Part shown: positions 41,555-55,520 of the stretch, one piece after another
Position numbering within the stretch: the stretch's first letter is position 1
Layout: each line of letters begins with the position of its first letter
Assembly: GCF_036321535.1 (NCBI RefSeq)
Contig: NC_087437.1
Location: forward strand, 38,752,001 to 38,816,000
Origin: Camelus dromedarius
Taxonomy: Eukaryota
Direction: 5' to 3'
Length of the DNA: 64,000 bases
Program-made: the position numbers and the translations under genes
The notes under the pieces: generated by a model
The model's database searches: none
What the model was told of the DNA's origin: nothing
Seen by the model: the letters and a program-made list of their open reading frames with translations, nothing else

Positions 41555-43659
41555 GCTGCCTTTGCAGTTGACATCTGAGCTGAGGCTAGAATAAAAAAAG
41601 AGTCTGTCAATGATGAAGAGACCTCAGGGAAGAAGGTTCCAGGCAGAGAGGATATCAAGTACAAAGACTCTGAGAAGGGTCTTGGGGTGTCACTGCAACA
41701 GCTAAAAGGCCCACGTGGTTGGAATCCTGTTGGTAAAGCACAACCAAGTGGTAAGAAAAAGTGAAATTTTCCTCTAAAGAGAGATGGGAAATAGCATCAC
41801 CTAACTTATATTTTACAAAGAATAATCTTTATGAACTACTGAGCTACTATGTGGGAGGTAAGGGTGGAAGCAGGAAACCAGGTAGAAGCCTGCTGCAAAT
41901 CAGCCCAGTCAAGAGATGACAGTGAGTCAGACAAGGATGTTAGAAATAGAAATATCACAGATTGGTAAGATTCAGGATATGTATTTTGAAAGTAGAGTCA
42001 GCACAACTACATGAAAAGCATCCTTTAGTCTACACCATGCCAGTAGGTTTTTGAGTGACTGTGATAACACCGGAACAGACCTACAAAGAGGAGAAATGAG
42101 ATATGATTCAATGACTCTTCCCTTTACAAGATAATTAAGCAGTCAGTAGAAATGTTCTTTTTGGTGTCTGTTCTGATTGGTGCCAAACAGACTGATTGAA
42201 AAAAAAAAAAGTATTTAAGCAATCAACTAGTGAAGTGAAAAAAAAAAAAGTTAAGTAATAAAACAGAGATGAAGAAAATCAAAAATACCGCCAGATTTTC
42301 TTTCCACATCAACATATTTCCAAAGGAGCAAAGTTAATGACAAGGAGTATTTCTTTAAGTTAAAGAACAAATACATGGTAACTGGCCAATTATTCACTGG
42401 TTTCATAGAGTGTCAGAGTTTCACTTACAGGGCTTAACAAGAATCTACATGTTCCTACTCTGAAATTTTTCTGAGCAGACATTGTTCACAAATAGCACAG
42501 AAATGAACTTGTTGAAAAAACCTGTGTCTTCTTACTGCTTCTTCCTATTGTATGCACAAAAAGCATGGCAGGACAACTCACAGGAAAAACCCATTTCCAA
42601 ATCAAGGTCATATTTGTGTATCTAGGAAACAGCCTTCAGCTTCCCTTTTTCAGTAAAAAATCCTGATATTCTCAAGCTGAGACATGAAGAATCAAGCTTT
42701 GAAAAGTAGAAACTGCTATCAGGATTACCCTCTAAAGACGACCAGCACAATTATTAACTGACCAGTCACACACACACACACATATATACAATCATACACA
42801 TACAATCTCATATTATATGAAAGGAATTAATAAATATGCAACTTAAAAAATAAAAGTGTTTTAAAGAAATGCTTAGAATTACACAAGTCCTTAAAAAGAC
42901 AGAAAGACCGACAAACAGATAGACAGGGCATCTGTCTCCATAAATTTTCCTTAATTTTTTCCTAAGGCCTTGTGTATAAAAATATATAGCTGCCAAAGAA
43001 CCTTCAAGTAATTACTAATGGCATAATTTTTTCATTTAATTTTTTAAAGAAAAGAATCCCAGTGAATATATAATGTTTTTTTAAAAAGCCAAGCATTACA
43101 TATATCCATGAGAAGTCTACAAAAAATTTTAAATATAAAAGCCTATCCACGGATCCATGTTCTAAGTTGTTCTAGTTTTTTTAACCCACATAAATTAGTG
43201 TATAATATTAAATCCTATATTTTATCGCATCAGCTTTTGCTGCTAAAAGCAGAATATTAAATGTTGAAGTACTCTGGTAAAGAAATTTCACTCATTCTAT
43301 GTCACTGAAAGAGTGGTCATAAAATCCAATAGAAAACCCTTTAGCTTTAAAGGATACTTCATTTACATTCTATCTTTCAATGCCAACACCTGTAAAATTA
43401 TTATATCCCACAAGAAAGCCTGTGGACAGCAGATGCTTCAGAAAAAATTTGTTGAATAAAAGAACATATTTACCTATTATCTTTTGTTTATAATTTATGC
43501 TATGTGCCTTTCCATTATGAACTCATTCTTTCCTAGAGAAAACCCAAATATGACTAAAATTACATTATTTAATGTTATTCTTTTTAAAAAGTCTATGTCA
43601 CATCACTGTAAAATGATTCTGCGAATGAAAGCTTTCTTATCTCCCACTCTACCAGTTTT

Positions 43660-44010
43660 GAAACTGACTATGGTAGATGGGATCATCGTTCTGAATTCTT
43701 CACCCCTCACTACTGTAATTATACACCCACACCCTGCCATCCACACAGTAGTGCCTACCACTGTGGGAAGAGTATTATTCCATGCCCCAACCCATCAATG
43801 CTGGGACCATGTGTCTTGCTTGTCCAACAGGACGACAAAAATGGCAATAAGCCAGCTCCAAGCTTGTCTGCACCTAGGTCCCGGCAGGTCAGGCCCGGCC
43901 AAGCCCAGTACACAATGGTCAAACCACAGGCAAATTACAGACCCATGACCATGAATATGCTTGTTCTTATAAGTTGCTGAGATTCTGAAATTCATACAAA
44001 ACAAAAACTA
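43660..44010 (+). mobile_element. Degenerate MaLR/MLT1-like LTR fragment
   Basis: tggtagatgggatc...ttcttcacccctc...ccatgtgtcttgctt...tgcttgttcttataagttgctgagatt motifs. Confidence 0.45.
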
Positions 44011-45594
44011 CTGTGCTGATGCTCAGCATCTTTATATGGCTACTCATGTAACATTAGCTGCATCAAACCACGCTTCTCTGATTAACCTATCCTAAATCAA
44101 TACTAGTGATTTTCTTTGGCTATCTTCTATTTCAGAAAACAGAATAAGAAATCCTTCCAATAAAGGAATATTTAAAGAAAAAACTGTCACAGAAAGACAT
44201 TCATTCTATGAAGTCCAATTTTTAGAAATAAACTATATTATATTCAATAAAATATATTTGAAGGAATCCAAGTTATAATTTTGTAACCTTAGATGTTTCT
44301 ACAATTTACCAAGCAGTTGTCTAAGTGAACTGAAAGTAAGACATGTCCCCAGCTGTCTGATGTACTCCAGAACCACTTATTTGGTTTTTTGAGCAGTTCC
44401 TGAATAGCTTCCCTTCAAAAACTCACAGGTGTAAACTAAGCAGTGTTGGGACGGGGAGCCTGGATAAATTAGTAAAAATCTTGAAGTAAAGAAGAGTTCA
44501 GTAAGTACAACTTTATTACTTTTGAGTATCAATACTTTCAGTGCTGGCCTAAATCACACAGTAGGAATCATCTGTTAATTTTTTGTCTAGGATGGTATCT
44601 TTCCTTTTAATGCTCCTAAGTGATTTAGAAATCTGTTCTTTTAAAAAGTAGGGTAGGTTTTTGTTTACTCAAATGTATTATTAATTTTTCTATCATAATT
44701 TGTATGAAGACAAACTGTAGTCTTATACAAGTTCAATTATCAAGTTATACATGTAATCTTAATTGAGAAGTTCATGAATCAGTTCCAGGAAAATCACTGC
44801 CTCTTTAGCCATTTGTATATAATAAAGCAAAACTATACGGTGAAAACTGTCTATTAATAAATTGCTGAGAATGAGTCACTACCTGTAATTCTTATTTTCA
44901 TTATTGTTCACTGTAAGCTAGCATCTCAGAATTTTAAAATGACAAAATTTTAGCTCAGAAAGAATCTTAAGGCTAGTTCAACCACCTACCAGACATCTGA
45001 GTGAACTCCACAACATTGCTCCCAAATGCTTGGTCATCCTCTGGACTCCTCTGGTGAGGGGCAGTGTTCCCAAATCAGGGGGATTGTGAACATGTTTCAG
45101 GAAATTAACTCAGCAAAAGGCAGTAATCTGGCCTGTTGTAATTTCCACTTTTAAAATAAATTAATTGATTACTTTAAAAATGACCCTTTTACACAATACA
45201 GATGGAAAAAGAATGTATCAAAGGAGCGGGAATGATGGTGAACAGAGAACAGATAAGCCAGTTCACATCTGGGCAGATCCTTGGGCAGCTTATCCTCTGC
45301 TGAATGACATCAATACTTGCATTTTGAACGTTAAGTTTTAGTTGTTTTTATTTTTGGTCATATTACAAAATATGGACTGATGATAGTCCGGTGCATACAG
45401 ACAGGATGCATGAGGATACAAATTAGCACTAGTAGAGGAGAAATAATGAGATAATGATTTTGCAAATGCACTCAGAATAGTCCGTAAGTAGCACTGTCTT
45501 ACTCAAAATAGTCATCAAGCACATCAAGAAGCAGCCAACCCTCTGAAAAAAAAAAAGTCAGAAGAACTAGAGTGCTCATAGCATCAGGACCTAT

Positions 45595-46000
45595 TACCCA
45601 AATGTCCATCAAAAGTAGAATGGATAAATTGTGATAGACTGACAGGACGGCACACTAAAAGAAACGAACAATCTATAACTGCATGTAACAGCTTGGAGGA
45701 ATCTCACAAGCGATGCTAAGCAAAAGTAGTCAGAAACAAAAGTCTATGTTGTTTGATCTCGCTTATGTAAAGTACAAAACCAGACAAAATCAACCGATGG
45801 CAATTATCCTTAGTGGGTGGGGGACAGTTAATGACTAAAAGGAGTGACTAAAAGGAAACTCCTGGGGTGCAGACATTGTTATGTGCTTTGATCGGGCTGC
45901 TGGTTATACAAATATGTTTGAGAAAATTCATCGCACTGTCTTGCTTACAATTTGTACACTTTAATGTGTGTGTGTTACAATTCATAATTCAATAACTAAA
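45595..46000 (+). mobile_element. Old L1 (L1M-type) 3' fragment
   Basis: cccaaatgtccatcaaaagtagaatggataaattgtg...gaatctcacaa...aaaattcatcg...tttgtacacttt. Confidence 0.65.
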
Positions 46001-46624
46001 ATGTCCCGCAAAAGGGTAAAACATTAGACCTGAGTGGGCTATTCACACACCCAATGTTCTATTTGTGAAGTGTTTGATTTCCTTCTTACTGAGTCAAATA
46101 AAGGAACTCAATATATTAAGTCTAAAAGTAATTTTGTCTAGTTTTAGAGCTACAATATGTAACTAATTTTGGACTACATTTTAATTACATCTGTGTTGAA
46201 ATCAAATACAATATTAATTTGAATGTGTTAAAAATTGTCTTCTTACACAAATAATTCAGAGACAATTAAATGGTCAGTGTCAAAATGAGAAAAATAATTT
46301 TAGTCTTTATATATCATGAATATTAATATTATCTGAAAAATTACCTTTAAAATTATATAATCACTGACAATACACAGAACTAAATTTCCATTTACCTACT
46401 ATCACTTCTGTATCATGTGCCAAGCAAAAAATGAGGAAAAATAAGTTCCTACGGGAGTTTGTGAGATTATATGTTACAAAGAAAAGGTTCTGAGAATTAA
46501 CAGTAAAGTTGGGCAACACGTTAGTAATGGAGAAAAAATACTGTTAGAACTGTGGATACTGGCTGACAAATTTCAGACTTCACACCACCAAACTGTGTGA
46601 GCTCTGTTCGTCACACTGTCTGGT

Positions 46625-46925
46625 CAGCCCTGTTCAGTAGAAGTACACCGTGAATCACATTTGTAGTTTTAAAATTTCTAGCAGCTGCATCAAAAAAAGT
46701 AGAAAGCATATGTGCATTGCAATACACTGATATCTAATGCCACCCAAGAGTTAATCAAAATGTAGTTCCACCAAAACAGTAAAGTTGTGTTTAACAGAAA
46801 AATATTTCACAATTTTAAATTTAAATTAGCTAAAATTTGAAATTCTGTTCCTAGTCACACACTCACTGCACTTTAAGTGCTTCTGCCTCACAGGACCAGT
46901 AGCCACCACATTGGGAAGCATAGCT
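46625..46925. mobile_element. MER33/MER3-like hAT-Charlie element
   Basis: cagccctgttcagtagaa ... aattctgttcctagtcacac...gtagccaccacattgggaagcatag. Confidence 0.55.
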
Positions 46926-49900
46926 GTCAAGTCAGTCTGTCTCCCTGAGGCTCACTTTCTTCACTGATAAATGAAGAAATTCTTGGAGAGGAAGAATTCC
47001 TAGTGGAAATTTTTGCTAACTGAAGCCTTAAAAGCTCCATTCAAAACGCAAGCCATTCAGCACACAGGAATGCAGCCCTGTGTCGAGGGATCCTACGACT
47101 TTTCAAAGTCAGAAATCCGGATGTTTACATAAAATGTCTTTCTTTTTCCATGTAGACAACTACCGTGAAATTTTTCCAAGCACTGTGTGGGCCAAACCAA
47201 AACATATCCATATGCTGCTCTTTGCAACCTGGGTTCTACAAACATTCCTTCCTGGTTTACCAATCTGTGATTTATTTAGGAGTGATTTGGCTGCTACATC
47301 TGGAAGCTAAAAAACACAGCTGGAAAATCAGTTGAGAGGTGAGCTTCAAAGCCCCCCTGTGAAGTCAAGGTGAAGTTACAGAGCCTGTGGTGAAAGTTAG
47401 CAGGACCCCAGTGTGTGCTTAAGCTCTGTCTACACCTTGGGAGGCAGAGGGATCTGAAGAAAAAATTACCCTAAGGTAAAGGACAGAGCCCATGCCCCTA
47501 ATTTTGGACCAAGGACAATGTGCCAGGGAGAGATGGAAAGGGTGGTGAAGCCAAGTTCCCCACAGTGATCATCGCTCTCAGTAGCCTGGGGCTCAATCCC
47601 ATGGAGCTGCCTCCACCCTCCAGGGCACGTGAGACCAAGAAAGGAACAAGGTAAACAGGAGGCTGACAGTGGAAACTACAGAGGTGAAGCAGGAAGTGGC
47701 AGCATGAGCAGCCATCGGCACCTTCCATGGACACAGAGATGGGAGGAGGCGCGGGGTGGCAAGAGGACTCCAAGGAGACCAGTTCTCAAGTCCAGGTGAG
47801 TCTCTCTGGGAATATTCTCCACTCCAAGGAGGCAAAGTCAGAAACTCTGTTTTGTGAATACATACTGTCAAAACTTCATTTTAGTTCCAGGGTGAAGGAG
47901 CCTTGGAAACTGACTGATTAGTAAGAGTCCTGAGTTAGGATTCAAGCAATTAGAGTATTAATCCCAAGTGTGTCACTGTCTTGCTTTGTAACTTCTGTTT
48001 CCCCAATTTAAAAATGGTAATATAGTATATGGCTTTACTCAACATCATAGGGTCTTCAGGACCAAATGATACCATGAATATAAAGCAATTTGAAAAGTAG
48101 AAATTTCTCACGTGATACGAAGACGATTTTTTTTTTATTATTTACTAGGCAATTACTAATGGATTGTTGCAAAGCAATTTATTAAATGTCACTTAAGTTT
48201 CTAATCAAGATTCTTACATTGGAGAGGGATGGAGTGGCTTAGGGCTTTAGATGAATAGCAGTGAGCACTGACCACCTCATTACAAACTTGGCCACCTTCT
48301 GGAGGGCTCATGGGGTGAAACGAGGGGAGGTCAAATTCCAAGATGGTCTTGGAAAAAAACCTCAGAAGGAGGAATTTGCCCTAAAGCAGTGGTTCTTAAC
48401 CTTTTTTCAGGTCACTGATGCTTTAAGGATCTGATAAAGGCTATGGCTTCTGTCTTGGAAAAAGACACACAAAACTGACATACATACATCAGAAAGTTCA
48501 TAGATCCCCACAGATTACAAATTGAAAATACCACCCTTAAGGAAGAGAGGGTCACAGACACAACACAATGTGGTCTGAGGACTGAGTGGTCACTGGGCAG
48601 GAGGCAGTTTTGAGAACAGCTGGAGGCCTACAATAAAAACAAAGCAGGCTTTCTTTAAAGGCTTAGGCTCTGCTCAAAGTACTACTACCATGGGACTCCC
48701 AGATGAAGACTTCTTGGGGGCTAAATAAGGCAACTTGCAAGCACTCACAGAAACCATCATTCTAGCCAACTGGGGTAGCAGCTTCTGCCTCCGTAGACAG
48801 TGTGAACATGAGAGAGCATCTTCAAGCTTAACCCACCTGGCCCCTAACCAACCCAGGGAGCAAAGAATAACTGAGAGAAAAACGTGCAGCCTGTAAGTCT
48901 CCCTAAGAACCGCACTGCACAGGTTAGCACCACGCTGTGGAACATGCAGAGAATTCTCCCATTTTGGTGGTTGGAACGGAGAACAGAGACCACATGTCAC
49001 AAGGTGCTTACAATCCATGTATCACCAAGAGAGGAAGTCCACAGCAACCGAGCCTAACCGTGAGGATCATGGCTGTAAGCTGGGGCCACACAGACAGCAG
49101 GGGCCAGGAAGGGGGCCACTGAGTCCCTAGAAATTCAACAGCAACTCTGCACTGACAAGAACAGAACTCTCCTTGATTTCTGAATGGAACAGGGCCTCAA
49201 ACATTTTGACAAAATATTCTCTGTCACCTCCTGATCCGATCTCTTATAGAAAGATGTCTAGGACAGTACAATGGAAGTCAAATGGAAAATAGAAATACTG
49301 ATCTCACATTTAGAAGTCTGTTTAGAAGAGAGAGGCCATTACTATGAATCTAAAATCACAACTGTTCAGAAAACATTGATGACTTTTTCATAACATGCTC
49401 TTATGCTCTTTTTTATCAGTATTACAAAAGAATACCTCACATGTTGCAATATGTAAAACTTGACCCTCAAAAGAGGGATGAATGAGTAAGTTGAAATTAC
49501 CAGTCATGCAAATAATGCTCTTTCTTTAAATCAAAGATATTTATCTTTCCAAGACCAGTTAAACTCCGTTAAAAAATAAATCTCCTGACTATCAAATAAT
49601 GAGGTCTTCACCAAGGACTGCAGTCTACATACAGTAAGAAGGCACATTCAGAAGCAAATGAAAATACTGCATAGACACGCACTGCGCTGCGTTCCTGTCT
49701 GCTTGCCAAAGAAATACAGTCAGTGTAGAAATGGGAAATTTTCACATATTGTCAATGGATTTTGAAACTCCCCAAGGACAGGATGGCTTCCACTTTGGGA
49801 CTTCCCCTAACAGTTAGGTTTGTACTTCAGAGAGTTACCTGAAAATCTCTGTTAATTTTAATTCTTTCAGGTCAGATGGTTTAAACACCAGATAATCTCC

Positions 49901-50123
49901 CTCTGAAGTGCCATGGTTGCAAATGCCACTTCTTGCTAATACGTCAAATTAAAAGCTAAGTCACATTTTAATAAGTAGTGAAACATTTTTATGGAAGCCT
50001 TATGTTGGATTTTCCAAGAATATCATTTAGAACAGGACCTGGTACTTAGCAAGTACTCAAAGAATGTTAGTTTATGATGACTTTGGTAATGATACTGCCA
50101 GCAATGACAATGACCCTCTCACC

Positions 50124-52000
50124 TGTGGCAGGCAGCTGCTACGATGGCCCCCGATGAGCTCCACTCTCTATTATTCACGCCCTCACAAACCCCTTCCCTT
50201 GGGCAGGCGCTGACCTTAATGATTCGATTCTAATGAGCAGAACATGGCAGAAGTGATGAGTTATCACCTTCAAGATTCAGTTATCAAAATACTTTGCCTT
50301 TCATCTTGGGTTTTCCCACTCTATGTCTCTCGGGGCTCTCCTGCCCTGAGGCAGGCCAGTTAGCATGTGCTAAGCTGCAGGTGGGAACTGTGGAAATTCC
50401 TGTGGGAAGGCCCAGATGAGTGAGATTGGAAGCGGATCTTCTGAGGCCTGCCAACAACCACATTAGTGAATTCTGTAGAAGATCCTTCAGTCCCAGCCGA
50501 ATTTTGAGATGACGGTGACCCTGGTCAGCAGCTTGGCCGCAACATCATTGAGAGAATCACCCAGCTAAGCCCAGATTCGCTTCCTGCAGAAACTGTGATG
50601 TGGTGTTTCACTAACTAAGCCAGTTTACCTTGGGGATATTTGCTATGCAACTGGATGACTAACCCAGATTTTGGAACTGGGGTACTGCCATTGTGAAAAG
50701 CTAAAAGGTGGCAGTGGCTTTGGAACCATGTAGTGGGCCTACCAAGAGTGGGAGTGAAAGGGTAGAGTGCCTTGAACACCCTGTTCAGAATTTTGGACTT
50801 TGAAGAGATTTTTAATAAGGGCATGAATCAAAGTGAGGAAAATTATACTGGAAACCAGAAATTATGGAGTGGCAGAAGGTTTCATAATACCCATCTCTGT
50901 GTAGTTACCTGACCTGCAGTCCCTTGCAGTTGTATGAGAAGTCGGAAAAAAAAAAAGTGCTCGATGAACTGGGTGATTCAGCTAAAGATTTCCCAGCAAA
51001 GTACTGAAGCACCTGGTTCCTCCTTGCTGTTTATAGCAAACTGAGAGAAGATAAATTGAGGGAGGGACTACTAAATAAAAAGGAGGCAGGACTTAAAGGT
51101 TTTGAAAATTGTCAGCCTCTCCAGATGGCAACCAATGCTAAAATTAAGAAGCAGTTTCCAAGCAAAGATCATTTCCAGGGAACTGTTTGAAAACACACGG
51201 TCTTAAGATGAGACCAAGGGTATAGCTTCTGAAATCCTTTTGGTAAGCCCTGGGAAATGTGACATCTCAAATATTATTCAGTCAGACCACAGACTCTCCT
51301 ACAAGTTTAAGGGTGTGACTCACAGATCCTCCCAACAGGCTGCTGGTAAATTAAAAGGCATTGTCTCCTCAGGAGCCCAAAGTGGAGAAGGAATTATCTC
51401 TAAGAAACACGTGGGTGTGTTTTTTGTCTAATAAAGTAGACCTCGACAAGTTTCAGAGGAGAAACACAAAAGTTACGAGAGGATTTTATATGCAGAAACA
51501 TTCCAGTTTGGACTAAAAGGGACTGAGATGGTCCCAAGTGAAAAACATCCATAGATCCCCAACATTCCACTGGCAGGAGGCAGGCTGAGAAAGCTCACCT
51601 GCACACACGTGCCGCCTTGCATGAAAAAGGAAGGATGACTCAGGCAGTAGAACTAGTAGTCCAAAGGGCGAAATCAAGAACCATGGAGAATTATTCCCAG
51701 GGTTGGGCCTTGCTGAGAAACTTCTGTCTAACTGGATTTCAGAATTTCCATGGACCGGTGACTCCTACACACCTCGTATTTTCCACGTTTTTGAACACAA
51801 GTATGTAGGTATCTTAGGCCTGGCGCATCGCCATAGGGTGGTTGTGCTGAGGTCTGATATCTGGACTCTCTAGTTTCACAGATCTATGAATGAAGAGGGG
51901 CTGGCTGCTCTTGAGAAGCTGTGCCTTAGGAACTGCAGCCACGGAGGCTCCCTCATGCCCGGAGCAAACTGAGACAACTTCTGGACTTTGAGCTGATACC
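50124..52000 (+). mobile_element. MaLR (MLT1F-like) LTR (50124-~50666) followed by MLT1 internal sequence
   Basis: LTR begins tgtggcaggcagc...gatggccccc and ends tttgctatgcaac...taaccca. It is followed by gattttggaactgggg...gtggctttggaac, typical of the MaLR internal start. Right boundary approximate. Confidence 0.7.
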
Positions 52001-53644
52001 TACGCGGTAAAGAGGATTTATTTTTCATCCTCTAATAAAAGTGATGTTTCACATCAGTACCATATAACATGTTTTACAGCATCAAACCTTTAAAAGGTTA
52101 TGAAGTCCTTTTAAAAATTCCCCCTAAATTTTGTTTGTTAATAGGTTGAAAGATTGATGCAACAGGAAGAATAGATTTTTAATAATAAATCTCACTAATG
52201 TAAAACTTGATAAACTAGTCTACACTCACCAAACTAATCAAGCAATTTATCAGCTGCTCAATTTTAATCTGTTTAGAATATTTATTTTATAGTATCATTG
52301 CTGTTGTCGAGAACAGACAAGCAATATCAAAGCTCTCTTAAATATCTTGATTTGTAGATTTCTTTGTTGTTTTTTTTAAACAAAAATTCCACTTAAAGAA
52401 GGGGGTTCAATGAGATGTGAAATGAGAAATGGAATGTTTGACTCTCCTAAAATGATTATATATTGTTCTTAAACTCACTTACTCTCCAAGGAAAGAAAAG
52501 GTGTCATTCAAATGTTCTGAATGCCTCATCCTTCAGAGTGACAGCACATCTTTTACTTTTCTATTCACTACCTATCATATTGTGACATTTTATGTATGAA
52601 AAATAGTTAAAGTAATATTTTTTTAATGTCATACTATTGTAACAAGCAGTTTACTTCATGCCCATGTTCCTCCAGGCTGTGGGCCTATTTAGTGAGGCTT
52701 GTTAGTGCAGGGCGATGGCTGGCATGTCCTCTGGAAAAGCACCCACAGGCCAATAAAAACAAAGAACACAAGTGGGCCATTCAGAAATACACAGCATTGT
52801 TTAAAAATAGCAACACCCATTTCTGCTGGAACTGAGAAGAGGGTGCTGCTGGTCTGCAGAGGCAGAGCGGGGTGAGGAATGCGATGTTGTCCTGCAAGTC
52901 AGGATACGTGGGCTCCTGCTTAGCTCGAGACACATGCTAAGTGATTCATCCACTTCAGGACTGTTTTCTTAACTGTAAAATTCAGAGTCTGGATCATTAA
53001 GTGACTTGATCACGTAACGTGTTTCTAAACCTCAGACATGCAGGCACTCCTAACGTGAGTTCTTACTTTATGCTCGCAAACCCTATACAGGTACTGCGGG
53101 TTGCCAAATGTTCACTGTTTCCCCTAAAATAAACTTCTAAAAAGGAAACTTTACACTACCACTTTGTAAATGAAAAACCTGACTTATGTGGCATTAATGG
53201 GTGGTAACTGTAAAATTTAAACGCCATAAAACAACAAAACAATTATTAAATTCCAGCTATCAGGCTGTTGGCTGCCTGAGCTCTGCTCTCTTTGAGAAAA
53301 ACAAATGAGCAACCATATCTAGGAAGAGGTTCTAGTATCAAACTGAGAGTTTCTCCTTGACTTGTCAAGAAAACACTCGAAAGAGAATTCAAAAGGGCAT
53401 AAGTTTCCTATGCGATCGATGTTATTTTATGCATCTGCATACCACCTAAAATTACCCCCAGTATCCACTAAAATCACCTTTCATAACAACCAAATGTCCT
53501 ACACTCTGGATATGCTGCATCATACAATCACACCTATTACTTCTGATTCTAAATTTTATCTTGAATCCTCATACAGCCCGCCTAACCCACCTTCTCAAAA
53601 CCGTTAATATTGTCATGAGAGACACTAAAATAATTTTGAGGGCA

Positions 53645-53860
53645 ATGGAGTACTGTGGAAGAACGCAGGCTAGAAAGTCACATTAGTGTTCCAAGTTCAG
53701 CTTCATTAGATTTGACCTTGACACTGGAAGGTTAATTAACCTCTCTCAGCCTCAGATTGTTCCTTCACAATAAAGAGCTTGTGTCATTGTTAAGTGAGAA
53801 AATGCACGTAACGTGCTCAGCACAGCGCCTAAATGTGGTAGACATTTAATAAATGGTACG
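53645..53860 (+). mobile_element. MIR SINE
   Basis: aattaacctctctcagcctcag...gttaagtgagaaaatgcacgtaacgtgctcagcacagcgcct...taataaatggta. Confidence 0.7.
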
Positions 53861-55339
53861 TTTCTAAAATAATTTAATTTCTTCAAGGACATTTTCAAAA
53901 TTTTATCAAAATGAATTCGCTTCAAATAACAGTGGTTTGAAAGAAAAAATACAGTTGACGATTTTTCTTTTATAGTAAAGTTATACATAACTTTAACTTC
54001 CAAACAAAGCTACAAACCCACAAACCACTGACTGGTAAGAGCAGCAAAAATATTTTGTCCTCAGTGATAAAATAAGAATACTTAGTTGTCAAAATGAAAA
54101 ACAGCAACTCTTAGCTGCTACCATGCACAGTGTTCTCAGGTCCTTCCTTACCAAAAAAGGGTCAATACGGCAGAAAAGACCGAGTAAGAGTGTCTCAAAT
54201 CAAACAAAAGTTTCAGCCAAGTTGGGCACATGCCTCTGAAATGAGCCACATTTAGGCCACAACTAATAACTCTATTACCTGCTAGATGTAATAAGCAGTG
54301 AGGAAAACAAAAAGCAGCCCAACACTAACCCTGCAGTAGCAGTTCTGGGTACCTAGTAAATGTCGTAGCGATTCTCTCTGAGATTCGTGCCAGTCTCATT
54401 AAATGTACTGTTTCTAGTCCATGCAAGTGTGCAGGATAGACATTGTTATTCCCAGCAAAGTATGAAGAATCCAAGTTCAGAGAGGTTACACCACTGGTAA
54501 ACACCAGAGTTGCATTCAAACAGTACCTGATGCCAAACCCACTCCCCCTTCACTATTCCTTGTGTCTTTTTTTTTTTTCAGGACATGAAAGTATGCAAGA
54601 ATCTTTCTCAATGCTTTGAAATGTTATAAACTGTTATCAGTCCCCTTTTTTGTCTCTTCTGTCTTCTAGTTTCTCCCAAATCCTCTGCATTTTGGTCAAT
54701 CCAACTTCAGTCTTCATACCCCAACTCCAATTCACTCATTCCTTTAGTCTCTAAAACCTGGTCTTGTGCCCCAGCCCTTGGTAAGGCAGGAGAGAACTTT
54801 AAAAAGCCAAGGTAAGGCTTCCAATCTACCGGGGACTTAACCTAAAGGCTTACAGACAGTGAGCAATTCTCTTCCATGGTCAACCAATCTCAGTGAGCTC
54901 CAATTTACAGGGATGACTAAGACAGGCACAATGTGCAGAATTATACATAGTTTTGAAAGTCATATATATTTAACAGAATGCTTAATTGAGTCATATTTTC
55001 AAAAGGTATCTAGAAGCTTTTATCTTTTATTTAGGGAATGAATTTTAAGGCAGGGTTTTACATACAAATAAAACTGACTGAACTTAAATAGTTTTTACTT
55101 TAAATAAAAACAGCTTGATAAATTTCTCCTATTAACTGCAAGGTGTAGGTACATCAGCGAAAATATCCACTGAATAGACAATATCTAATTGATGTTTATA
55201 AGTCCTAACTTTGCACTTGAAAACCGGTATCCCTACCGTGCATTGCCTATACTTGTGGGGCTAAATTACTGAGGTCTGCGAACCATTCTGTTGTACATGA
55301 GGTCCTCAATAGCCCAAAATGCAAGCTCCACCCTTCTAA

Positions 55340-55520
55340 GTGCTGTACACCTGGCTAACGCTATTGATCCTCATGACAACCTATTATAAGCACCATGATC
55401 CTGATTATTACACGTAATGAAAGCAAGTCACAGAGGTGTGAAGTAACTCAAGATCACCCAGCTGGTAAAACAAAGATAAGACCTCAAATTTAAGTGCTCT
55501 GGCTCCTCGGCCCACATCCA
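55340..55520 (-). mobile_element. MIR SINE
   Basis: atcctcatgacaacctat...cacagaggtgtgaagtaactcaagatcacccagctggtaa. Confidence 0.6.

Noticed and set aside
41001..50666. Two similar same-orientation MLT1 LTRs as the ends of one 9-kb provirus
   Set aside because: The first has its own TSD, the intervening DNA is ordinary intron with other repeats, and the internal sequence follows the second LTR instead of preceding it.
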